A stretch of DNA of 64,000 nt. Origin: an uncultured Chloroflexia bacterium. GTDB lineage: Bacteria; Chloroflexota; Limnocylindria; Limnocylindrales; CSP1-4. Shown piece by piece: positions 42,182 to 50,035 of the stretch. The first letter of the stretch is position 1; the number at the start of each line of letters is the position of its first letter. Both the position numbers and the translations under genes were made by a program. The notes under the pieces were generated by a model. That model saw only the letters and a program-made list of their open reading frames with translations. It was not told the DNA's origin and did no database searches. The stretch lies in the NCBI GenBank assembly GCA_963752475.1, contig CAVVYR010000006.1, forward strand, positions 192,001 to 256,000, in the 5' to 3' direction.

Positions 42182-42907
42182 TTAGGCGTCGAGGCGGTAA
42201 CCCACGCCTCGGACGGCCACGGGCACCGGTGCGCCGGCGTTGACCAGCTTCTCGCGCAGTCGGGCGAGGTGTGGCTTGAGCCAGAGCGGATCGGGGTCGG
42301 GCACGTCCGGCCAGCCCGCGGCCAGCAGTTCCTCGTGCGGCACGACCTCACCCAGTCGCTCGACCATCGCTTGCAGCAAGCGGAACTCGGTCACCGTGGT
42401 GGGCAGGGGCGTGCCCTGCCAGCGGATCTCGTGGCGGCGTCGATCGAGCTCATAGCCCGACGGGTCACCCTTGCCGCGGTCGCCGCGGTTGCCGGCCGCC
42501 CGGCGCGAGACGGCCCGGACGCGTGCCAGGAGCTCGTCGGCACGGAAGGGCTTGCGCACGTAGTCGTCGGCGCCAAGGTCGAGCAGCTCCACCGTGGCGC
42601 CCTGATCACGCTCTCCCGAGACCACGATGATGGGCGTGTCGCTCACGTCACGGATGCGGCGGCAGACGCTTGCACCGTCCATGCCCGGCATGGCCAGGTC
42701 GAGCAACACGAGGTCGGGCTCGTCGTCGCCGAAGCGGCGCAGCGCCTCCTCGCCGTCGTAGGCCGCGATGATCCGGTGACCGGCCTGACCCAGCAGCGCG
42801 CCGAGCGCACCGACCATGGCCGGCTCGTCATCGACCACGAGGATCTTGAGCGGCTCCGCCGCCGGTGTCTCGTGTGCGTTCCCCGGCTCGTCTCCGAGCG
42901 TCGTCAT
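42182..42907 (-). CDS. OmpR/PhoB-family response regulator
   Basis: ILVVDDE, VLLDLAMPGMDG, GADDYVRKPF, wHTH ending VRGVGYR. Confidence 0.92.
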   Translation of the reverse strand: MTTLGDEPGNAHETPAAEPLKILVVDDEPAMVGALGALLGQAGHRIIAAYDGEEALRRFGDDEPDLVLLDLAMPGMDGASVCRRIRDVSDTPIIVVSGERDQGATVELLDLGADDYVRKPFRADELLARVRAVSRRAAGNRGDRGKGDPSGYELDRRRHEIRWQGTPLPTTVTEFRLLQAMVERLGEVVPHEELLAAGWPDVPDPDPLWLKPHLARLREKLVNAGAPVPVAVRGVGYRLDA

Positions 42908-43425
42908 CGTGTGGATCCCTTCATGTGCACGGCCGAGCGCAAGGCCTCGAACCGCTCGAGCCACGCCTCCAGTCGCTCCTCGTCCGCGAAGAGGACGAGG
43001 ATGGTGTTGTCGCCTGCGAGCGTGCCTTCCTGTTCGTCGAAGCTCGATTCGTCGATGGCCTGACCGATGGCGTTGGCTACCCCCGCCTCGGTCCCGAGCA
43101 GGAGCGTGAGCCCGGAACGGCCGATGTGGATCGGATAGTCCGCGAGCACGCGGCGCAGCCGCTCGTCGCTATCAGCCGACGGGATGGACGCCAGATCGGC
43201 GGGCCAAGCGTAGATGTGCTGCCCATCGTAAGCCACCTTCACGAGGCCCAGCTCCGTGATGTCCCGGCTCACGGTCGCCTGGGTCACATCGAACCCTCGG
43301 TCAGCGAGCAGGTCGACCAGCTGGTGTTGGCTGGAGACGGACTGCGCGGAGACGATCTCGCGCACGGTGTGCTGGCGCTCGCGCTTGAGGGCACGCGAAG
43401 ACATCGGTCGGGTGGTGGAGTCCAT
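42904..43425 (-). CDS. argR: Arginine repressor
   Basis: SQ..LV..L...GFDVTQATVSRDITELGLVKV; GTLAGDNTILV. Confidence 0.93.
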   Translation of the reverse strand: MDSTTRPMSSRALKRERQHTVREIVSAQSVSSQHQLVDLLADRGFDVTQATVSRDITELGLVKVAYDGQHIYAWPADLASIPSADSDERLRRVLADYPIHIGRSGLTLLLGTEAGVANAIGQAIDESSFDEQEGTLAGDNTILVLFADEERLEAWLERFEALRSAVHMKGSTR

Positions 43426-43558
43426 CGCTGGTCAGTATACAGCTGCACCGTATCCATATGCAGTCCTGAGCGTGCGTCGCATGAGTATCGCCGAGCAACA
43501 TGCATATATGAGTGCAGGGATTGTACTTTCGACTCGGAGCCTGCTACAGTCCGCCGCG

Positions 43559-43621
43559 ATGAAGCCTCACGGTACTCGCATGGCGATGCCCAAGGCCCCG
43601 CCGGGATGGGCGAGGGCCTGA
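43559..43621 (+). CDS. Putative 20-aa leader peptide MKPHGTRMAMPKAPPGWARA (Met codons 8 and 10)
   Basis: ATG 8 nt after a -10-like TACAGT (43545-43550), with TTGTAC 18 bp upstream; followed by a hairpin; architecture parallels the lys leader. Confidence 0.5.
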   Translation: MKPHGTRMAMPKAPPGWARA

Positions 43622-43665
43622 GGGAGCGCGCCCGAAACCAGCGCTCACCATCAGGACGGATCCCC

Positions 43666-43700
43666 GGGGCCGCGACCAACGAAGCGAAGGTCGCGGCCTT
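43666..43700 (+). terminator. Attenuator/terminator-like hairpin in the thrC-like leader
   Basis: GGGGCCGCGACC / GGTCGCGGCCTT 12-bp stem with a weak T tail; left arm overlaps the alternative pairing with 43594-43600. Confidence 0.55.
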
Positions 43701-43763
43701 CGTGATTCCTGAGCACGCCCCGGCTCCGGTGAGAGCCGGTCATGATCGAGAGGATCCATCCCC

Positions 43764-45116
43764 ATGACGCAGATCGCCATCCGCCCCGCTACCGAGACCA
43801 CCGACACCGCACCGGCCCCCATCGGGGGCAGCACGTCGACCACGACCGACCAGAGCTTCACTCCCGGCTACACCGGTCTGCGCTGTCGCGCCTGCGGTAC
43901 CGAGGCCGCTGACGGCCCGGTCTTCGTGTGCAGCCGATGCTTCGGTCCGCTCGAGCCGCAGTACGACCTCGACGGCATCCGACGGCGCCTCACCCGCGAG
44001 ATCATCGACGCTCGCGATCCCGATATCTGGCGCTGGGCGGAGCTGCTGCCGATCACCGAGCTCCCGACCACCGGCCTCCACGTGGGCCAGTCGCCGCTGA
44101 CCGATGCGCCCCGCCTCGCCGCGCGCATCGGCCTCGACAGGCTCTGGGTCAAGGACGACTCGCGCAACCCCTCGCTCTCGTTCAAGGACCGCCCGGTCTC
44201 GATCGCCGCGGCCCGGGCCAAGGCCTGGGGCTACCACACGCTCGCCTGTGCCTCGACGGGCAACCTCTCGGCCGCCGTGGCCGCGGCGGCTGCTGCTCAC
44301 GGACTGCGCTCGGTCGTCTTCATCCCCGCGGACCTGGAGCCGGCCAAGATCGCGCAGGCCCGCGCGCTCGGCGCCACCGTCGTTCGTGTCGACGGGCCCT
44401 ATGACGACGTCAACCGCCTGTGCCTGGAGCTGACCGACGAGCTCGAAGGATGGGCCGTCCTCAACGTCAACCTGCGCCCGTTCTACGCCGAGGGTTCCAA
44501 GACCATCGCCTTCGAGATCGCTCGGCAACTGGGCTGGCGAGCGCCTGATGCGCTGGTGGCGCCACTGGCCAGCGGGTCCATGTACACCAAGCTCGACCGC
44601 GGCTTCGCCGAGCTGACCGAGACGGGCCTGCTGCACGAGGCAGCGGTGCGCTTCTTCGGTGGCCAGGCCACCGGATGCGGCCCCATCGCCAGCGCCTTCG
44701 AGGCCGGTCAGGACGTCGTGCGCCCGGTCGAGAAGCCGGACACCATCGTGCGCTCGCTGGCCATCGGCTCCCCGGCTGACGGTGGCTACGCCATCAAGCA
44801 GGCTCGTGCGAGCGGCGCGGCCATCCTTGGCGTCGAAGACGAGGCCACCATCGACAGCATCCGCCTGTTGGCCGAGACCGAGGGCATCCTCACCGAGACC
44901 GCCGGCGGCGTGACCCTGGCCGCGCTGCGCCGAGCCATCGACGAGGGCCACATCCAGCGCCAAGAGGAGGCCGTGCTGGTCATCACCGGCAACGGCATCA
45001 AGACGCTCGATGTCCTTGCGAACGACGACGCCAACACGTTGCCCGAGCCCATCGCACCCAGCTTCGACGCCTTCGAGGAGTGGTGGCGGAACACGGCCGA
45101 GGAAGCGGCCGCTTGA
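43764..45116 (+). CDS. thrC: Threonine synthase-like PLP enzyme (possibly O-phosphohomoserine sulfhydrylase type)
   Basis: N-terminal Zn ribbon CRACG..CSRCFGPL, NPSLSFKDR, CASTGN, EGSKT, ETAGGVT, ITGNGIK. Confidence 0.8.
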   Translation: MTQIAIRPATETTDTAPAPIGGSTSTTTDQSFTPGYTGLRCRACGTEAADGPVFVCSRCFGPLEPQYDLDGIRRRLTREIIDARDPDIWRWAELLPITELPTTGLHVGQSPLTDAPRLAARIGLDRLWVKDDSRNPSLSFKDRPVSIAAARAKAWGYHTLACASTGNLSAAVAAAAAAHGLRSVVFIPADLEPAKIAQARALGATVVRVDGPYDDVNRLCLELTDELEGWAVLNVNLRPFYAEGSKTIAFEIARQLGWRAPDALVAPLASGSMYTKLDRGFAELTETGLLHEAAVRFFGGQATGCGPIASAFEAGQDVVRPVEKPDTIVRSLAIGSPADGGYAIKQARASGAAILGVEDEATIDSIRLLAETEGILTETAGGVTLAALRRAIDEGHIQRQEEAVLVITGNGIKTLDVLANDDANTLPEPIAPSFDAFEEWWRNTAEEAAA

Positions 45117-45198
45117 CTCCCGCCGGGGGCGGCGGCGCATCGGCGTCTCCCGAGCTGACTTGACGTCGCCGCCCGACTCCGCGACACTACGCCGCGGA

Positions 45199-45261
45199 AT
45201 GACTCATCTGTATCTTCTCAAGCCGAAGCCCACGCGGCCCTGCCTGGAGGCAGTGGCCTAG
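45199..45261 (+). CDS. Putative 20-aa leader peptide MTHLYLLKPKPTRPCLEAVA (Lys codons 8 and 10)
   Basis: Follows TTGACG-17bp-GACACT (45160-45188); precedes a terminator and the dap/lysA operon. Confidence 0.6.
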   Translation: MTHLYLLKPKPTRPCLEAVA

Positions 45262-45309
45262 ACGGCTTCGCTCGGGAAACCGACTCGGGGCCGCTAGGCC
45301 GGCTCCGAG

Positions 45310-45350
45310 GGCCGCAGACACCGACCAGGGTGACTGCGGTCTTTTTGTTT
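45310..45350 (+). terminator. Intrinsic terminator (attenuator) upstream of dapB
   Basis: GGCCGCAG-A-CACC / GGTG-A-CTGCGGTC stem followed by TTTTTGTTT. Confidence 0.8.
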
Positions 45351-45417
45351 GGCTCGGAGCCAGCTCAGCCGTCTCGTCGGATCGATCACCCAGCCACGAC
45401 GAGGAACCACACCTACG

Positions 45418-46170
45418 ATGCGAGCACTCATCACCGGCAGCGGCAACATGGGCCGTGCCATCGCCAGCGGCCTCGAGGCGCGCGGTGACGACGTGGCGGC
45501 CACGGCCGGCCGCGAGACCGGCTATCCCGCGGCCGCGGAGATCGGCGCCGTCGATGTCGCCTTCGAGTTCAGCCATGACTCCACCCTGCTCGAGCACATC
45601 GACCTGGGGCTCGCCACGGGCTGTCGTGCCTTCGTCGTGGGCACCACCGGCTGGAGTGCCGCTGACGAGATCGGCCAGGCCTTCGCGGCTCGCCTCAGCG
45701 AGAACGGTGCCCGTGCCGTGGTGGCTCCGACGTATAGCCTCGCCGCGGTCCTCTTCGGCGACATCAGCGAGTACGCTGCCCGCCTCTTCGGCGGCTTCGG
45801 CGACTATGACCCCTATCTCTTCGAGCAGCATCGCGCGGCCAAGGCCGACCGACCCTCTGGCACCGCCCTCGCGGTGGCCAACCGCCTGGTCCCACACCTC
45901 AAGGCGAAGCGCGAGGCGCGCCTGGCCACCGACGCGGGCGCGCCCGATCCCGAGGTGTTGGAGATCGTGGCCCTGCGAGCCGGCAGCCACCCGGGCATGC
46001 ACACCGTCGGGTTCGACGGCCCGGGTGAATCGTTGCAGGTCAAGGTCGAAGCCCGAGACCGCTCGGCCTACGTGGCCGGGGCCATCCTCAGCGCCGACTT
46101 CCTCATCGAGCAGCCAGACCGCACCGGCATCACCGCCTTCACCGACCTGGTCCACGAACGGACCGCCTGA
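45418..46170 (+). CDS. dapB: 4-hydroxy-tetrahydrodipicolinate reductase
   Basis: GSGNMG, VGTTGW, EQH..KADRPSGTA, LRAG..PGMH; adjacent to dapA. Confidence 0.88.
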   Translation: MRALITGSGNMGRAIASGLEARGDDVAATAGRETGYPAAAEIGAVDVAFEFSHDSTLLEHIDLGLATGCRAFVVGTTGWSAADEIGQAFAARLSENGARAVVAPTYSLAAVLFGDISEYAARLFGGFGDYDPYLFEQHRAAKADRPSGTALAVANRLVPHLKAKREARLATDAGAPDPEVLEIVALRAGSHPGMHTVGFDGPGESLQVKVEARDRSAYVAGAILSADFLIEQPDRTGITAFTDLVHERTA

Positions 46171-46205
46171 GCAAACGAAACGACATCACCGAAAGGGACG
46201 ATCCC

Positions 46206-47126
46206 ATGAGCAACCCCATCTTCAGCGGTGCCATCACCGCCCTCGTCACACCCATGAACGCCGACGGCTCGCTCGACGAGGAGACCCTCGTGGCCATGGT
46301 CGAGCGCCAGATCGACGCCGGCATCAACGGCCTCGTGCCGGTGGGCACGACCGGTGAGTCGCCGACGCTCTCGGCCGAGGAGGACCAGCGCGTCATCGAG
46401 CTGACCATCGAGACCGTGCGGCGCCGTGGCGTGGCCGAGACCACGCCCGTCATCGCCGGCACCGGCTCCAACGTGACCCAGCACGCCATCGAGTACACCG
46501 AAGCCGCCATGCGCCTCGGTGCCGATGCCGCACTGGTGGTCTCGCCCTACTACAACAAGCCCGACCAACGGATGCTCGAGGCCCACTACCGCACCGTGGC
46601 TGACGTGGGCCTGCCGGTGGTGGTCTACAACGTCCCCGGCCGCACTGGTGGCAACGTCGCTCCCGCCACCCTCATGCGCCTCGCCGAGCACGAGAACATC
46701 GTGGCTGTGAAGGAAGCCTCGGGCAACATGGAGCAGATCATGACCATCGTGCGTGATCGGCCCGACGGCTTCGCGGTCCTTTCCGGTGACGACAGCTGGA
46801 CCCTGCCGATCATGGGCGTGGGCGGCGATGGCGTCATCTCGGTGGCCTCCAACGAGGTGCCCCAGGTGATGGTCGAGCTCTGTGCCGCCGCGGCTCGTGG
46901 TGACATGCAGACCGCCTGGGATATCCACTACCGCTATCTGGAACTGATGCGGGTGAACTTCATCACCACCAGCCCGGCGCCGGTCAAGGCGGCCATGGCC
47001 GAGATGGGCCTCATCACCGACGCCCTGCGCATGCCCATGATGACCCTCGACGAGGCCAACCGGGCCCGCGTGCGCGAGGTCCTGGCCGACCTCGATCTGC
47101 TGCCAACGGCCGAGGCTGCTGCATGA
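46206..47126 (+). CDS. dapA: 4-hydroxy-tetrahydrodipicolinate synthase
   Basis: ALVTP, GTTGESPTL, PYYNKP, YNVPGRTG, VKEASG, SGDD. Confidence 0.95.
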   Translation: MSNPIFSGAITALVTPMNADGSLDEETLVAMVERQIDAGINGLVPVGTTGESPTLSAEEDQRVIELTIETVRRRGVAETTPVIAGTGSNVTQHAIEYTEAAMRLGADAALVVSPYYNKPDQRMLEAHYRTVADVGLPVVVYNVPGRTGGNVAPATLMRLAEHENIVAVKEASGNMEQIMTIVRDRPDGFAVLSGDDSWTLPIMGVGGDGVISVASNEVPQVMVELCAAAARGDMQTAWDIHYRYLELMRVNFITTSPAPVKAAMAEMGLITDALRMPMMTLDEANRARVREVLADLDLLPTAEAAA

Positions 47127-48092
47127 TCGCCGACGCCACGTCCGAGCCGAACGATCCGCGGGGGCCGGCAGCCACCGACTCCCACGTGGCTGCCGCCTCG
47201 TCTGCCCTGGCCGCGCGCATCGCCGCCCTTGACGCGGCCTGGGCCGCAAGCCGCCGGCTCCCCGAGTGAGGACCTCATCGCCGAGGTCCGCGTGGTCGTG
47301 GAGGAGCTGGTGGCGGCGCTCGAGGCCGGCGAGGTCCGTGCGGCCACGCCTGACGCCGGCATCGATGGTGGCTGGCGCGTGGACCCCTGGGTCAAGACCG
47401 GCATCCTCATGGGCTTCCGCCTGCCCGGCATGACCGACCTGCGTGATGGACCGATCCTGGCCGCGCGCGACAAGGCCGCCTACGGGCTGCTCGATCTGCT
47501 CGATAGCGACGCCGCGAACGCGGCCTCGGCCGCCGGGGCTCCGTGGCGCGTGGTGCCGGGCGGCTCAGCCGTCCGCAGCGGCGTGCACCTGGAGCCCGGC
47601 GTGACCATCATGCCGCCGTCCTACGCCAACATCGGTGCCTGGGTCGGCCGCGGCACGATGATCGACTCCCACGTGCTCGTGGGCTCGTGCGCCCAGATCG
47701 GGGAGGACGTGCACCTCTCGGCTGCGGTCCAGATCGGCGGTGTGCTCGAACCCGCCGGCGCACGTCCGGTCATCGTCGAGGATGGTGCCTTCGTCGGCGG
47801 TCAGGCGGGCCTCTACGAGGGCGTCACCATCAGTCGTGGTGCCGTCATCGGCGCGGGCACGATCGTCACCGGCCAGAGCCGGGTCGTCGACCTCGTCCAC
47901 GGCCGCGAGCTGCGCGGGACGGCTGAAGCGCCGGTGGTGATCCCGCCCGACGCGGTCGTCGTTCCGGGCACGCGCCCGGCCGGCTCCGATCTCGCACGTG
48001 AGCAGGGCCTGTCGGTCTCGGTGCCGCTCATCGTCAAGTACCGAGATGCCGGCACGAACGCACGGGTGGCTCTGGAGGACGCGCTGCGGTGA
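47123..48092 (+). CDS. dapD: Tetrahydrodipicolinate N-succinyltransferase; apparent +1 frameshift near 47245-47250
   Basis: WVKTGILMGFR, RVVPGG, MPPSYANIGA, GSCAQIG, GGVLEP; ATG overlapping the dapA stop runs in a different frame, total length 3n+1. Confidence 0.85.
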
Positions 48093-49357
48093 ACGCCGTT
48101 GCAGCGTCGATCGCGGTCGGGGCGACCGTCGCCGGCCTCGACCCCGCGGCGCTGACCGCGGAGTGGGGGAGCCCGCTCTTCGTCTACGACGCCGAGGTGC
48201 TGCGCTCACGGGCGGCCGCCCTGCAGGCTGCCCTGCCCCAGACGGCGGACGTGGCGTTCGCGTGCAAGGCCAACGGCTCGCCCGTGGTGCTGCGTACGCT
48301 GGCCCAGGCCGGGCTGGGCGTCGACGTCGCCTCCGGCGGTGAGCTGCGTGCAGCGCTGCGGGCCGGCTTCGATCCTGCCCACATCGTCTTCACGGGCCCG
48401 GGCAAGACCGATGCCGAGCTGGCCGAAGCACTCGATGCCGGTGTTGGAGCGCTGACGCTCGAGTCGCTCGAGGAGCTGGACGTCGTGGTCGGCTTCGCTG
48501 GGATCGCGAAGGCGGGCCAGGGCTTGATGCTGCGGCTGGCCACCGAAGGGGAGGCCGAAGGGCTGCCCATCATCAGCGCACCCGGCAACGTCAAGTTCGG
48601 GCTCACCGACGCCGAGGCCGAATCGGCCGTCGCCTCCATGCGCGAGGCTGGAGCGCTGGCGCCCGAGGGCCCCTTCGTGCTGCGTGGCTTCCACGCCTTC
48701 GGCGCCTCCAACGTTCGCGATGCCGCCGTGCTCGTCGAGGCTGCTGCCGACCTCGCCGCTCGCGCGGAGCCCATCGCCGCGCGTCATGGGATCGAGCTCG
48801 AGCTGCTCGACATGGGTGGCGGCCTCGGTATCCCCTATGCCCACGATGAGACGCCGCTCGACATCGCGGGACTCGGTGCGGGGCTGGCCGCGGAGATGCG
48901 CTCGTGGGCCGACCGCCCGGCCTTGCGTGAAGCCCGGTTGCTACTGGAGCCCGGCCGGTGGCTGGCCGGACCTGCCGGTGCCTACCTCTGCCGCGTCACG
49001 CGTACCAAGGAGCGTGGCGGTCGGGTCGTGGCCATCAGCGATGGCGGCATCCACCACCTGCTACGCCCGCGCCTGGTGGGCCAGGACCACCGCGTCGTGC
49101 CCGTCGGTGAGGCAGCCGCTCGTGAGGCGGACGTCGAGGTCGATCTCGTCGGGCCGCTCTGCACCGGTATCGACATCCTGGCCTCGGCCGTGCCCTCGCC
49201 GCGCCCCGCAGCAGGGGACCACTATGCCGTCCTCGATGCCGGCGCCTACGGCTACAGCGAGTCGATGCCGCTCTTCCTGGCGCACCCGACCCCGGCCGAG
49301 ATCGTCATCAGCGACGGCGCCGCCACTGTCTCCCGCGACCGCATCGAACCGGAGTGA
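48089..49357 (+). CDS. lysA: Diaminopimelate decarboxylase (group IV PLP decarboxylase)
   Basis: SPLFVYD, FACKAN, DVASGGEL, TGPGK, KFG, DMGGG, EPGR, GPLC, GAYG; operon context. Confidence 0.8.
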   Translation: MNAVAASIAVGATVAGLDPAALTAEWGSPLFVYDAEVLRSRAAALQAALPQTADVAFACKANGSPVVLRTLAQAGLGVDVASGGELRAALRAGFDPAHIVFTGPGKTDAELAEALDAGVGALTLESLEELDVVVGFAGIAKAGQGLMLRLATEGEAEGLPIISAPGNVKFGLTDAEAESAVASMREAGALAPEGPFVLRGFHAFGASNVRDAAVLVEAAADLAARAEPIAARHGIELELLDMGGGLGIPYAHDETPLDIAGLGAGLAAEMRSWADRPALREARLLLEPGRWLAGPAGAYLCRVTRTKERGGRVVAISDGGIHHLLRPRLVGQDHRVVPVGEAAAREADVEVDLVGPLCTGIDILASAVPSPRPAAGDHYAVLDAGAYGYSESMPLFLAHPTPAEIVISDGAATVSRDRIEPE

Positions 49358-49404
49358 TGCGCGTACGCATGAGGACATGCGCTCACGCATGATACGCTGC
49401 GGCC

Positions 49405-49650
49405 ATGCCGAAGACCATCCAGATCCGAGACGTTGACGATGCCGTCTATGCCGGGCTGGCCAAGCGTGCGGCCGAGGCGGGTGTGACGGTGCCCGAGCTG
49501 CTGCGTCGCGAAGCAGCCCGCATCGCTTCGCGGCCGACATTGGATGAGTGGCTCGAGCGTACGAGGCGCCGCCCGTCGGGGATCACGCCCGAAGAGGTCG
49601 TGGCGGCGCTGGATGAGTCACGTGGGCCATGGCCCGATGCTGGTCGTTGA
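49405..49650 (+). CDS. Antitoxin (RHH, FitA/VapB-like)
   Basis: MPKTIQIRDVDDAVYAGLAKRAAEAG RHH pattern; overlaps the PIN gene. Confidence 0.8.
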   Translation: MPKTIQIRDVDDAVYAGLAKRAAEAGVTVPELLRREAARIASRPTLDEWLERTRRRPSGITPEEVVAALDESRGPWPDAGR

Positions 49651-50035
49651 CGCGTCGTGTCTGTACGAGGTCGTGGCTGACGGCACCAAGGGCGAGGTGG
49701 CTCGAGCGCGGATGCGGTCGGACCCGGAACTCGCAGCGCCGCACCTCGTGGATGCCGAGGTCCTCGGAGTGATCCGGCGCGACCTGATGCTGGGCCGGAT
49801 CGACCCGACCACTGCCCACCAGGCTGTCGAGGATCTGCGCGACTGGCCCGGGGAGCGCTTCGATCATCGCGTATTGATGACGCGTGCATGGGGGTTGCGA
49901 GATCGCATTCGCACGTGGGACGCGTTCTATGTCGCGCTGGCCGAGGCGTTGGACGCAACGCTCCTGACGTTCGACCAGAGGCTAGCGCGTGCCGTGGACT
50001 CGCACTGCCACGTGGAGGTGCCTGGCGACTACTGA
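49637..50035 (+). CDS. vapC: VapC-family PIN-domain toxin
   Basis: MLVVDAS, APHLVDAEV, WDAFYVALAE, LLTFDQRL. Confidence 0.88.
   Translation: MLVVDASCLYEVVADGTKGEVARARMRSDPELAAPHLVDAEVLGVIRRDLMLGRIDPTTAHQAVEDLRDWPGERFDHRVLMTRAWGLRDRIRTWDAFYVALAEALDATLLTFDQRLARAVDSHCHVEVPGDY

Noticed and set aside
43434-43516. ARG boxes upstream of argR (AGTATACAGCTGCA, CGTATCCATATGCA, TGCATATATGAGTG)
   Set aside because: Plausible autoregulation, but the matches are degenerate and the spacing atypical, so not supported enough to call
43560-43760. SAM-I riboswitch or T-box before the thrC-like gene
   Set aside because: The conserved ATC.AGAG...GAGGGA..GGCCC...AA.C...GCAACC...GGTGC pattern and the T-box GGTGG.ACC motif were not found in order
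45120-45417. Lysine riboswitch before dapB
   Set aside because: The hallmark AGAGGTGC start and the ~170-nt five-helix aptamer are not evident; only about 115 nt lie between the predicted start site and the terminator
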